Positions 40,164 to 50,158 of a stretch of 64,000 nt of DNA are shown here, in pieces. Positions within the stretch are counted from its first letter, which is position 1; every line of letters starts with the position of its first letter. This DNA is from Candidatus Poribacteria bacterium (GTDB lineage: Bacteria > Poribacteria > WGA-4E > PCPOR2b), in assembly GCA_965208325.1 (NCBI GenBank), contig OZ242326.1:2944001-3008000 (forward strand), given 5' to 3'. A program made the translations under genes and the position numbers. The notes under the pieces were generated by a model that worked only from the letters and a program-made list of their open reading frames with translations, searched no databases and was not told where the DNA came from.

Positions 40164-41346
40164 AAACCTTCAACCCATTTCGGCGATGCCAACAATCATG
40201 ATCGTTGCCGGAGAGCCCTCCGGCGATCTCCATGCCTCTCGCGTTGCGTCCAAACTCAAAGACCTTGCGCCCGGTATCCATCTCGTCGGTATGGGGGGAG
40301 ATTTGATGGAGCAGTCCGGCGTCAGCTTAATCTTTCACATTCGCGACTCCGCCGTAATGGGGATTGGCGAAGTTGTCGCTTCCATACCCGAACTTCTGAA
40401 GAAACGCAGGCATTTAAAGCGATACATCCGTGAAACAAAACCTGACGCCCTGCTGTTGGTAGATTTCGCCGAATTTAACGTGGGGTTAGCGCGTTTCGCC
40501 AATCGACTGAGTATTCCCGTAATCTACTACATCCCTCCCAAAGCCTGGGCGTGGCGCCCGCAGCGCGCCAAAAAGATAGCCAAATACGCTTCTATCGTGG
40601 CATCAATCTTTCCATTTGAGGCAACGTTCTACCGTCGTGCGGGCGCAAACGCGAAGTTTGTAGGGCATCCACTCGTGGACTTCGCCCAATCAAACCAGAG
40701 TCGCGAGGAAGCCCGCCGCGCGCTGAACTTACGCGAAAATTCACCAGTCTTAGGGCTAATGCCGGGCAGCCGCCGCCGGGAGGTTGACCGGTTACTCCCC
40801 GTCATGCTAGAGGCCGCCCATCACATCCGCCAATCCTTGCCGGATTGTCAGTTTATCCTTCCGCTCGCACCTAGCATCCATCCGGAGTCCCTGCCGAATA
40901 TGCCGTTCGTACACCTTGTAAAAGGGAACACCTATGATTCAATGAGAGCTTCAGACTTGATGTTGATTGCATCGGGGACAGCAACCCTCGAAGCAGCCTG
41001 TTTAGGAACACCGATGATTGTACTCTATAAAATGTCGCGGTCAAGCTGGTGGGTTATAAAATCGCTCGCTGCCATAGACTGGAGCGCTTTGCCGAACATC
41101 ATCGCAGGGCGGGAAATCGTTCCGGAACTCCTCCAGAACGATGCACAGTCGTCCCAAATTACCCCCATCGCGCTTAAGTTGCTCCAATCTTTAGAAGCGC
41201 GGCAATCTCAACAGGAGGAACTCGAAAAGGTCTATACACAGCTCGGCAATCCCGGCACGGCTGAGCGTACAGCCCAGATAGTCCTAGATTGCCTGCATGG
41301 AAGGGATGGTGATGAAGAAAATCGGAATTGCAAGCATTTCTCCTGA
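40150..41346 (+). CDS. lpxB: Lipid-A-disaccharide synthase
   Basis: AGEPSGDLHA, YYIPPKAWAWR, FPFE, FVGHPL, PGSRRRE, SGTATLE, LPNII. Confidence 0.95.
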   Translation: MTRGKNLQPISAMPTIMIVAGEPSGDLHASRVASKLKDLAPGIHLVGMGGDLMEQSGVSLIFHIRDSAVMGIGEVVASIPELLKKRRHLKRYIRETKPDALLLVDFAEFNVGLARFANRLSIPVIYYIPPKAWAWRPQRAKKIAKYASIVASIFPFEATFYRRAGANAKFVGHPLVDFAQSNQSREEARRALNLRENSPVLGLMPGSRRREVDRLLPVMLEAAHHIRQSLPDCQFILPLAPSIHPESLPNMPFVHLVKGNTYDSMRASDLMLIASGTATLEAACLGTPMIVLYKMSRSSWWVIKSLAAIDWSALPNIIAGREIVPELLQNDAQSSQITPIALKLLQSLEARQSQQEELEKVYTQLGNPGTAERTAQIVLDCLHGRDGDEENRNCKHFS

Positions 41347-41535
41347 AAAAAATCCGCATTTGCACATTACGGACGGGCATACCACAAACAATACTGGGTA
41401 ATGAATAATGCTGGATACCGGGAATTTGTTCCGATTTCTACGTTGGGCAGTAAGCTAACTTATGATTGTCTATCGACACCAGTCTTTTATGGGTTAAATC
41501 GAAAGCACACGGTGCCGCAGTCCACTCACTCTACT

Positions 41536-41943
41536 TCACTCAATGAGATGCCCCATAAAAATGTACGTGTCCAGACTATACGGGTGATAGAAAATCCACG
41601 CTCTCCGATCATACTGGTCGATAAAATCAAGGAATATTTGTTTATCGCCTGGCGGAAAGTACCTGGCTGTAAGTTGTTCATCAACGCTTCTGCTCCGGTC
41701 ATATTTTACATACTCTTCGAAACCTTCGGGCGCATGGTCGTATAGATTATAGGTACGTGTTACTTCCTCCAACTCCAAGGCAGGCAAGTCCAACTGATCG
41801 TGTTCTTCCCCCAGACCTTCTCGATCTGCTTTCCACGCGCAATTTGAAAGACTGAGCGAGAACAGCAATAATCCAACCCCGGCAGCAATCATCGAAGTTG
41901 TCAAAAACTTGCGCCCGCTAAACTGATTTTGTTCTTTCATCAT
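41536..41943 (-). CDS. Hypothetical exported protein
   Basis: GGAGG RBS; hydrophobic N-terminus with Cys. Confidence 0.5.
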   Translation of the reverse strand: MMKEQNQFSGRKFLTTSMIAAGVGLLLFSLSLSNCAWKADREGLGEEHDQLDLPALELEEVTRTYNLYDHAPEGFEEYVKYDRSRSVDEQLTARYFPPGDKQIFLDFIDQYDRRAWIFYHPYSLDTYIFMGHLIE

Positions 41944-42134
41944 TGCCTCCTAATTCTCAATAAACTACGATAAATCAGTGCTACACGCCATCACAACACT
42001 CCTCCGGATGACAAGCTTTTTGAGAATTGGACGAAGGACATGGAATCCGCTGCCATTCTCCCGGCTGCGAATCGCTTATCGAAGATTTTAAGGAATTAAC
42101 AGAATCGCTGTCTAGACAATATCGGCAACAACAA

Positions 42135-42431
42135 TCAACTATACCCGGGACAGGTGCAAGGAACAAATTCGCACTTAGGACATCCATCAGCATAAATCCG
42201 CGCGGCGTCTCCGAGATCGACATTCAGCAGACTCGCCAGTGTTGACAACCAGGCGAACACATCGGCAAACTCTTCCCGCAGCCGATCGGTGTTTTGAGGT
42301 TCACGGCGTATCTCCTTCGCAAGTTCGCCCACCTCTTCAGCGAACCAAACAAACGTGCGGTCCACGCCGCGTCCGGCATCCCGTTCAAAATAGATGCGCT
42401 CAATCAAACTCTGAAATTCTTGAATCGTCAT
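42135..42431 (-). CDS. MazG-like nucleotide pyrophosphohydrolase
   Basis: EEVGELA..EEFADV; C-terminal CPKC..PCTC. Confidence 0.85.
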   Translation of the reverse strand: MTIQEFQSLIERIYFERDAGRGVDRTFVWFAEEVGELAKEIRREPQNTDRLREEFADVFAWLSTLASLLNVDLGDAARIYADGCPKCEFVPCTCPGYS

Positions 42432-43546
42432 CGGTCAGCCATAGGCGGATAGAGTCTCGAATCGGGTCCGATGTAGTCGGCGCGTGGACGGATAAGCCTG
42501 TTATTGGTTCGCTGCTCTATGGCGTGGGCAGCCCAACCGGTAACCCGTGACATCACAAAGATCGGCGTAAACATCGGCGTTGGGATACCGCACAGATGAT
42601 AGGCTGAAGCGCTGTAGAAATCGAGGTTCGGGAACAGCTTCTTTTCTCGCCACATTACCTGTTCGATACGCTCGGAGATGTCATACAGTTTGGTGTCGCC
42701 GCTTCTCTCTGAGAGTTTCTGCGACCACTCTTTAATGATATCCGAACGCGGATCTGAGGTCGTGTAGACACGGTGGCCGAAGCCCATAATCAAGGTCTTC
42801 TTCACTAACATGTCCAGAATAGCGGATTCCGCTTCGTCCGGCGTCTCAAATCGCTCAATCAACTCCATCGCGGCTTCGTTAGCGCCCCCATGTAAGGGAC
42901 CGCGCAGCGTACCGATGGCGGCGGTAATCGCGGAATAAATGTCCGATAGCGTTGAAGTAGCGACGCGGGTGGCAAAGGTTGAAGCATTAAATTCGTGCTC
43001 TGCGTAAAGAATCAACGACACATCGACAGCCTTGCGGCTGACTTCATCCGGCGGCTCGCCGTGCAACAGATGGAGAAAGTGTCCGGCGATTGTGTCATCA
43101 TCTGTTTCGGTATTGATGCGCTCACCGTTCTTCTGGAAATGATACCAATAGAGCAGCATCGAACCGAAGCTGGCAGTAAGCCGATCCACAATATTCAACT
43201 GATTGTTTGTCTCGTTTTCCGGCTCGATTGTGCCCAGCGCTGAACAACCGGTACGCATGACATCCATCGGATGCGCATCCTCCGGCAACTGTTCAAGGAC
43301 GGTTTTAATCCCGGCAGGCAGGCTGCGCATACCTGCTAGCCGCGCTTTGTAGTCATCGAATTCAGCCTGCGTAGGCAACGCGCCGTGAATTAACAGATAA
43401 GCAACCTCTTCAAAGGTCGCGTGCTCCGCTAAATCGTGAATGGAATACCCCCGGTAGTTGAGTCCTATTCCTTCTAGTCCTACCGTGCAAATTGAAGTTT
43501 CGCCGGCAGTAACGCCGGCTAACCCCCCCGGTTTTTTAGCTTTCAT
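42428..43546 (-). CDS. prpC: 2-methylcitrate synthase
   Basis: [39 protein letters not shown]; adjacent to prpB. Confidence 0.92.
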   Translation of the reverse strand: MKAKKPGGLAGVTAGETSICTVGLEGIGLNYRGYSIHDLAEHATFEEVAYLLIHGALPTQAEFDDYKARLAGMRSLPAGIKTVLEQLPEDAHPMDVMRTGCSALGTIEPENETNNQLNIVDRLTASFGSMLLYWYHFQKNGERINTETDDDTIAGHFLHLLHGEPPDEVSRKAVDVSLILYAEHEFNASTFATRVATSTLSDIYSAITAAIGTLRGPLHGGANEAAMELIERFETPDEAESAILDMLVKKTLIMGFGHRVYTTSDPRSDIIKEWSQKLSERSGDTKLYDISERIEQVMWREKKLFPNLDFYSASAYHLCGIPTPMFTPIFVMSRVTGWAAHAIEQRTNNRLIRPRADYIGPDSRLYPPMADR

Positions 43547-44459
43547 TGGGTTCTCCCTCGTTAAGAATGCTAGCAGTTGGCGCTGCGGTTAATAATCGAT
43601 CGAGTTTCTGTTCGTATTCGTGGTAGTTTAGGAAATCATACAACTCTGCTCTCGTTTGCATGTTGTGCACAATATCTCTCTGTGTCCCCTGTCGGCGTAT
43701 AGTTTGATACACATTGAGCGCAGCCGCGCTCATTGCGCGAAACGCGGATAGCGGATAAAGCACTAAGCCTACCCCGGACGCCCTGAGTTCTTCCGTCGTG
43801 AACAGCGGTGTCTTGCCGAACTCCGTCATGTTCGCCAAGATAGGAATGTCAACCGCATCGGCAAACTGTCGATACTGGCTGAGTTCCGACATGGCTTCGG
43901 CGAAAATCATGTCTGCACCTGCCTCCTTATAACAACACGCGCGTTCAATCGTCTGTTCCAACCCTTCGACGGCAAGCGCATCAGTTCTCGCCATCAGGAC
44001 AAAGTCCGAATCTGTCTTCGCATCAACCGCGGCTTTAATCCGATCCATCATTTCTGCGGTACTTACAAGCTCCTTGTTGGGGCGGTGGCCGCAGCGTTTT
44101 GCTTGCACCTGGTCCTCAATGTGTATCCCTGCGGCGCCAGCCTTAATCATCTGCTGCACGGTTCGAGCTATCATGAACGCGTTGCCCCAGCCGGTATCCG
44201 CATCAACCAGTAGCGGGAGTCCTGTCGCGCTGGTAATGCGGCGCACATCCTCCAGCACATCGTTCAAAGTAGTCATGCCTAAATCGGGCAGCCCGTAAGA
44301 GGCGTTGGCAACACCGCCGCCGGAAAGATAGATCGCCCGAAAACCCACGCGCTCCGCCATCAAAGCGGCGTACGCGTTGATGGCGCCGACGACTGCCAAA
44401 GGGGTTTCCATAGTCAACGCCTCGCGAAAACGCCCTCCCGCCGAAGATGTCTGGATCAT
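43536..44459 (-). CDS. prpB: 2-methylisocitrate lyase
   Basis: [39 protein letters not shown]. Confidence 0.95.
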   Translation of the reverse strand: MIQTSSAGGRFREALTMETPLAVVGAINAYAALMAERVGFRAIYLSGGGVANASYGLPDLGMTTLNDVLEDVRRITSATGLPLLVDADTGWGNAFMIARTVQQMIKAGAAGIHIEDQVQAKRCGHRPNKELVSTAEMMDRIKAAVDAKTDSDFVLMARTDALAVEGLEQTIERACCYKEAGADMIFAEAMSELSQYRQFADAVDIPILANMTEFGKTPLFTTEELRASGVGLVLYPLSAFRAMSAAALNVYQTIRRQGTQRDIVHNMQTRAELYDFLNYHEYEQKLDRLLTAAPTASILNEGEPNES

Positions 44460-44677
44460 CTTTCATCTCCCTGAAACCATCAAGCGAACGAATAGTGGGT
44501 GATTAACCGAACAGATAGTGAGACCGAAAGTCTTCAAAACTGTAAATACTATCGCCCTCGTTAATCACTCGGTTGATCGGTATTATAATTTAAAATGCCG
44601 TGCCTGTCAATTGATGTAAAGACATCTCCTTGAGATGTTGGCCTATAACACGGCACCGCATTGAAGCTGAATCTTTA

Positions 44678-46831
44678 TTATCCGACCTTACTAATCTTCC
44701 CAATATTCTGAATCGACTCGCCTGCCTCCGTGGCAGCTAAAACGTAAATATAAACCCCTGCGGCAATTGCGTTGCCGCGACTGTTTTTTCCATCCCAGCG
44801 GAACTGTTTCGATCCGATTACATGCTGATGCGAGTCTTTGTAAACCAAATTGCCGGCAATTGTATAAATCGTGAGCTCGACTTCATCGGCAAGTTGGAAA
44901 CCGGGGATCGTATAAGAAAATATTACTTCCGTGCCCCCGACAGGAATAGGATTTGGAGAAACGCGAATGCTGTCATCGAATTGCTTTCGCATCAAGGTCA
45001 ACGTCCCGGATTCTATCCGAACCGCATCGGCGGTTAGGCGATAGGAATCCGTACTGCTGTAGCCGGAGCGGGACGCCACAGAAATGTAAAGCGTGGAAAA
45101 CTGATCCGGCAGATAGACAATCTGTTGCCCATCGCCTTCCACCGATTCCCCCTTTGCAAGCGTGGCGCCCTTCGCGTCAAGCAGGGATAATCGGTAATCA
45201 ACATCTTCAGGAACATTTGTCAGAGTGATAACTACCGCTTGTCTCTCTGCTGCATCGAACCGGTACAGATCGCGCGGGTCATCTTCATCGAATAGGAAAG
45301 ATTCATAGGTTTGGCGAAACTCGATTGGGAACGCATCGGCGAGCGTATCGTTGGGTTCATAGGTATCGCCAAACGAGACCGAAATCGACATCGTCTGCCC
45401 CTCAAAGCCGATGTTCGTGATGGAAATCCCTGAAAAGGCGCCGTCATTTGAATTGCTGTTTGGCTGCGTCGTCGGCGTAAACGTAGTTTGGTTGTCGTTA
45501 GCCGAATACGCCGCGCCGTCAGTAATAAACCTGATATCCGGACGCGCCTCCGGATTAATCGGATTGATGCCGATGTGTTCCGGGTCGTTTGGATCTTCCA
45601 GCCAAACCTGCCTCGCTGCATTAACAGCCCCGCGAGGCCGCGTCTGCGTTTCATCAATGTGCCAGATGAGAATTCCCGACTCGGGCAAATGCGTATCAAA
45701 CCTCGCCCCGGATTCGCGGTATCGGTTTTCAATGAGAAAGAATTCTGCACCACTGCCGGCGGTCTCCGCACCGCTGGAAAAATCTATCCTGAAGAGCTTG
45801 TCATGGTGCGACGGCAACTCAAAACTCGGTATCTGCAAGTCGTTCACATTCTCGTTAATCACAATCGGTTCAATCCAACCCGTTCTCCCATTCTCGGGAC
45901 GCGCGTCGAAGTCCCATTTCAGGTAACCCATGATATGGCTCGGCCGCAAACCGTCGCCAACGTCGCCAATCATGTCGCCTTGGTAGGGGCCGTAGAGGCC
46001 CATCAAACCCCATTTGTGATCGTAAGCGCCTGTTGCCCCCGGGTTGTATACATCGGGAGCACCGAAATCGTGGAAGAATTCATGAAAGTAAATGCCGAGG
46101 TGGGGTTTATCGAAACTCGGCTCTTCGGCAACAATGACAGCGGTGTCTACAAGCACCCCGTCAAATCGCCGATTTACGCCGCTCGCCAAAATTGACCAGA
46201 TGTTTGGTCCTACAGTTCCCCTGAATGTTGAAGCCTCGTCGTCGCCGGCGTGAATGACAAAAACGTGATCCACAACCCCGTCATTGTCGCGGTCATACTG
46301 CGTATAGTCAACGATTTCATCGACGCCCGCACACGCCTCTCGAACAAGTTCCTGCAACCGGCTGTGATTAATCCGGCCTTGTCCATAAAATCCCATCGGC
46401 CGCGCGGCACGAACCCATTGATTGCCGCTGGGAACAACGCCGCCCATCGGTCCGGACTCGATATTCATCTGCCCGTAAGAAACCTCACGGTAGTAAGTTT
46501 TTAACGAAACGCCTTCGTCCGCAAATAGAAACTGGTCGAATTCTCTTCCCGGCCGCCTCCCGCGCTGATCGTCAAAGTCAATCTTGATAGCAAGGACATA
46601 CTCAATCCCGTCCGTCTGTAAGATGCTCGTTGCCCGTGCTTGGCAACAATCCTGTAAGCTGCCTACAAATGCGGAAACCTCCATCCCCGGCTTTACCGTC
46701 CACTCGCTAGTCGTAGGCTGGTAATCGAAAAATAGATTTGGATTCGGCGGAGCTGCAACACCACGAAGGCACCATGAGAATAATATTACAAATCCTATAC
46801 CGTGAAACGCGGCGCGACTAAGCGAAAGCAT
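44678..46831 (-). CDS. Secreted M6 (immune inhibitor A-like) metalloprotease with PPC-like and FlgD-Ig C-terminal domains (start uncertain)
   Basis: HAG, FHEFFHDFGAPD, EFFLIENR, GILIWHIDE; DTYEPND; WDGKNSRGNAIAAGVY. Confidence 0.85.
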   Translation of the reverse strand: MLSLSRAAFHGIGFVILFSWCLRGVAAPPNPNLFFDYQPTTSEWTVKPGMEVSAFVGSLQDCCQARATSILQTDGIEYVLAIKIDFDDQRGRRPGREFDQFLFADEGVSLKTYYREVSYGQMNIESGPMGGVVPSGNQWVRAARPMGFYGQGRINHSRLQELVREACAGVDEIVDYTQYDRDNDGVVDHVFVIHAGDDEASTFRGTVGPNIWSILASGVNRRFDGVLVDTAVIVAEEPSFDKPHLGIYFHEFFHDFGAPDVYNPGATGAYDHKWGLMGLYGPYQGDMIGDVGDGLRPSHIMGYLKWDFDARPENGRTGWIEPIVINENVNDLQIPSFELPSHHDKLFRIDFSSGAETAGSGAEFFLIENRYRESGARFDTHLPESGILIWHIDETQTRPRGAVNAARQVWLEDPNDPEHIGINPINPEARPDIRFITDGAAYSANDNQTTFTPTTQPNSNSNDGAFSGISITNIGFEGQTMSISVSFGDTYEPNDTLADAFPIEFRQTYESFLFDEDDPRDLYRFDAAERQAVVITLTNVPEDVDYRLSLLDAKGATLAKGESVEGDGQQIVYLPDQFSTLYISVASRSGYSSTDSYRLTADAVRIESGTLTLMRKQFDDSIRVSPNPIPVGGTEVIFSYTIPGFQLADEVELTIYTIAGNLVYKDSHQHVIGSKQFRWDGKNSRGNAIAAGVYIYVLAATEAGESIQNIGKISKVG

Positions 46832-47160
46832 AGCGACCGCGATAGTATTCACAGCGTCGAACGCCTTCGTCTGCGCTGTTGGTTCCGTTGATTGATCCCT
46901 ACAGTCGGTCAGAACTATCCCCCTCCCTATTGGGTCGGTTGCACATTTTATACTGAACCTTCGGCGTTCTAAAAATTGATGCAAAATTTTTTTTGCTTGC
47001 ATTCGCATAGTGAATCTGTCATAATACATCGCAAGAAAAAAGAGAATTACACGATATTTCCCCGCTCGTTTCCGGGTTCGCATTTTCTGGAAATTCAAAC
47101 GAATCCATCGCACTCATCTATTACTCGTTGAAACCGTTTTCTTCTCTGAAGGAGATTAAC

Positions 47161-47931
47161 ATGTTGACCCGCGATTATCACATTCATACAAATCTCTCTC
47201 CCTGCGCAGATAGAAATTTTGATTTGGAGAAAATCGTTCAAATTCAGCAGAAGCACGGTATAAAAGCCATTGGTATCACAGATCACGACTACAGTTACAA
47301 CCATAAAGTCAAAAGCATCGAAGCGGCGAGAAAAGCCATCAAACCGCATGAATCATCAATTACCGTCCATTTGGGTGTTGAATCGCACATGCTGGAATAC
47401 CGCGTCGCCTCAATTGATATTCAACTCGCCGCCCACTTCGACTATGTTTTGATGGCGCCAAACCACTATCACTTGCGCGGTGTTGCAGCCCCTGACGATT
47501 TAAAGCACCCGAGAAAAGTCGCAATCCATGAGATTTACATGTTTGAAGCGGCAATCGCATGCCCGTTAACGGATGCAATCGCCCACCCGTTTGTGCTTAA
47601 TCCGAACGTCTTTCGCTTTTCCTCGGATAATCTGGGATTGTTTAGTGAAGAGGTCATGCGGAATGTCGATAAAAAGCGGTTAATTTATCAGTTGGACCTC
47701 GCATCTCAACGAGGTACCGGCATTGAGATAAGTCCGAAATTCATCCGCTACAATCAAAGGCACCTGCTAGAGTTCTATCAGTTGTGCCTTGAGCGGGAAG
47801 TAAAACTCTTCATTGGCAGCGACGCACACAACGACGAAGAATTGGGGCAATTATCGCTGCTCGAACCTGTCTTGAAAGAGCTCGGCGTCCGTGAAGAACA
47901 CCTATGGCGTCCTAAGGAATGGCGATGGTAA
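47161..47931 (+). CDS. PHP-domain phosphoesterase
   Basis: DYHIHT, ITDHD, GVE, IAHP, GSDAH; AAGGAG RBS. Confidence 0.88.
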   Translation: MLTRDYHIHTNLSPCADRNFDLEKIVQIQQKHGIKAIGITDHDYSYNHKVKSIEAARKAIKPHESSITVHLGVESHMLEYRVASIDIQLAAHFDYVLMAPNHYHLRGVAAPDDLKHPRKVAIHEIYMFEAAIACPLTDAIAHPFVLNPNVFRFSSDNLGLFSEEVMRNVDKKRLIYQLDLASQRGTGIEISPKFIRYNQRHLLEFYQLCLEREVKLFIGSDAHNDEELGQLSLLEPVLKELGVREEHLWRPKEWRW

Positions 47932-47986
47932 TTCTGAGAGGATGCCGTCTACTTCCTAAACGCTATAGCCATTGCGACTAAAAATG

Positions 47987-48066
47987 ACACATTTACTCAT
48001 TGGTTAGTGGGAGAGGCTTCCTAGCCTCGATTATCAGTCAGCCGATTCTTCCTTGTGTAAATGTGA
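47987..48066. repeat. REP-like hairpin (GTGGGAGAGGCTTCCTAGCCTC) nested in inverted repeat CACATTTAC/GTAAATGTG
   Basis: Seen between convergent PHP and rbsK genes. Confidence 0.4.
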
Positions 48067-48086
48067 GCCTAAATGACCATAACGAA

Positions 48087-49013
48087 TCAAGACGCCAAGA
48101 ATTCGCTAATCTGAGTAGCCGTCGGCATTGACGGCGCCGCCCCAAGCGCGGTTACGGCGAGCGCCCCAGCCGCATTCGCAAAGCCAACCGCATCTTCAAG
48201 CGCCTCGCCCCGCGCCAGGCCAATCGCCAAGGCGCCGCAAAAAGCGTCGCCCGCCGCCGTTGTATCCACGACATCCACCTTGTAAGCCGGTATGCGCGTC
48301 GACATGCCGCGCTTGAACAACAACGCCCCGCTATCGCCAAGCGTCAATATCACGGCAGATACGCCCCTGTCAAGCAAAGCCCTAGCTGCACGCTCAGCGC
48401 TCTCCGAATCTGATACTTTTATCCCGGAAAGATACTCCGTTTCAACTTGGTTAGGTGTGAGTATATCAACCTGAGACAGAAAACTGTCGGATAAGTCCCG
48501 CGCCGGCGCTGGGTTCAGGATGACCTTTGTGCCGCTCGACTTGGCGATTTCCGCCGCCCGTTGCGATGCCGAAATCGGCACCTCCAACTGTAGGAGCAGA
48601 ACATCGGAATCAGATATCGCCGATGCGGCTCGTTCCACATCCGCAGCGCTTAATCGCATATTGGCGCGCGGCACGATGATAATGCTGTTATCCCCGTCTG
48701 CATCAATAACCGGAGACGCAACCCCGGTACCCGCTTCGGCATCTCTAACGATAAAGCCAACCTCCACCCCTTCCTCAACGAGCGCATCCATCAACGTATC
48801 TCCAAATGAATCTCTTCCCATCCGGCCAACCATCGTCACATCCCCGCCTAACCGCGCCGCCGCAATCGCTTGGTTGTTCCCCTTGCCCCCGCCAAACATG
48901 CCGAACTGCTGCCCAATAAGCGTCTCCCCCTTCTGCGGCCGCCGCTCGGCCTTTATCACCAGATCCATCATAAAACTTCCCACCACAACAACCTTGGGCT
49001 TACGCTCGCTCAT
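48087..49013 (-). CDS. rbsK: Ribokinase
   Basis: GGKGNNQAIAAARLG, LQLEVP, LNPAPA, VDTTAAGDAFCG. Confidence 0.93.
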   Translation of the reverse strand: MSERKPKVVVVGSFMMDLVIKAERRPQKGETLIGQQFGMFGGGKGNNQAIAAARLGGDVTMVGRMGRDSFGDTLMDALVEEGVEVGFIVRDAEAGTGVASPVIDADGDNSIIIVPRANMRLSAADVERAASAISDSDVLLLQLEVPISASQRAAEIAKSSGTKVILNPAPARDLSDSFLSQVDILTPNQVETEYLSGIKVSDSESAERAARALLDRGVSAVILTLGDSGALLFKRGMSTRIPAYKVDVVDTTAAGDAFCGALAIGLARGEALEDAVGFANAAGALAVTALGAAPSMPTATQISEFLAS

Positions 49014-49126
49014 AAGAATCTTCCTATGCCGGTTTTTCTAATCCTTCGGACACGCCATAAAGCAAAATTATAGTCAAATCGCCTGCCTTTGTCAACGGCG
49101 TTACTATGATGTAGAATCCGATCCTT

Positions 49127-49315
49127 GAAACCGAGTTTTTTTCTTCAAAACTTGGTTTCTTTATCGACATCTTCAGGTAGGTGCGGTTTCCAACCGCACA
49201 CACCCCGCCGGACAAATACTGATTCGGTTGAGAATCCAAACCTAACATCGCGTTTCGATCCAGTGGAACAGAATATAATCCTCGAAACCGAGTTTTTCCG
49301 TCAAAACTCGGTTTC
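49127..49315. repeat. Repeat cluster: two GAAACCGAGTTTT..AAAACT(C/T)GGTTTC palindromes (49127-49159, 49284-49315) flanking a GTAG REP (49177-49199)
   Basis: Direct comparison with each other and with 1151-1182. Confidence 0.75.
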
Positions 49316-49451
49316 TCTATCCAGTTTGTCGACAGAAATCGCCGCTCCATACCCCTCGGCTTGGATTCCCAAACCCTAGTTGACACCAGCACAATATGTA
49401 AACCATCTCCGTCACTAACACACAATCCCCAAAAAAAGTTGAAAAAAAAAC

Positions 49452-49528
49452 TTGACACAATAATATATATCAGTGTTAGAATATGCCTATCTTGTATTAA
49501 AAATATTTTTAGTCGCAATATATCGGGT
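49452..49528 (+). promoter_or_regulatory. nrdR-nrdJ promoter with tandem NrdR-box-like sites (49482-49497, 49513-49528)
   Basis: TTGACA..TGTTAGAAT; TCGCAATATATCGGGT resembles NrdR box, weaker site 31 bp upstream. Confidence 0.55.
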
Positions 49529-49533
49529 ATCTT

Positions 49534-50010
49534 ATGAAATGTCCATATTGTGAGAGTCCGGAAACGAAAGTCCTTGATAAGCGGGAAACCGACGCGGGTC
49601 ATATAACCCGCAGGCGGCGCGAGTGCCTGAGTTGCGCCAAGCGGTTTACAACTTATGAGCGCGCTGAGGTCTTGAATCTATTCATCATCAAGAAGGACAA
49701 GCGCCGAGAAGCCTTTAATCGGGAAAAACTGAAGCGGAATCTGATGAAGGCGTGCGAAAAACGCCCTATCAGCCATGAAACCATCAATCACCTAATCGCA
49801 AATATCGAACAGGAACTCATCAATATGCGCAAGTCGGAGATTGAAAGCCGTGCGCTCGGTGAATTAGTCATGGGTGAGCTTAAAGAATTAGATAAAGTGG
49901 CGTACATCCGATTCGCCTCAGTCTATCGAGATTTCACAGACGTAGAAGATTTTGAGAAAGAGCTCCAGGAACTGATTCAGAACGAGGAAACCAAGGAAAT
50001 TGAGGTTTAA
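49534..50010 (+). CDS. nrdR: Transcriptional repressor NrdR
   Basis: MKCPYC..RRRRECLSCAKRFTTYE; ATP cone; VAYIRFASVY. Confidence 0.97.
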   Translation: MKCPYCESPETKVLDKRETDAGHITRRRRECLSCAKRFTTYERAEVLNLFIIKKDKRREAFNREKLKRNLMKACEKRPISHETINHLIANIEQELINMRKSEIESRALGELVMGELKELDKVAYIRFASVYRDFTDVEDFEKELQELIQNEETKEIEV

Positions 50011-50158
50011 GTCGAAGCGGCAGATTGCTCTAATCATCAGCGAACACCACGCCTTCATTACAATCTTGTAATATTTCTATAAAGTCAGAGACATTTTTAT
50101 ACCTTATGAATTCAAACATTCGAAACTAGTATCATTCCCTATCAAGGAGATTACATGC

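Noticed and set aside
41494..41538. Second selenoprotein by TGA read-through of 41536-41943
   Set aside because: Only about 13 codons follow, with no Cys-motif context and no clear SECIS
49024..49602. 192-aa minus-strand ORF
   Set aside because: Runs through palindromic repeats and the nrdR promoter and overlaps nrdR; likely spurious
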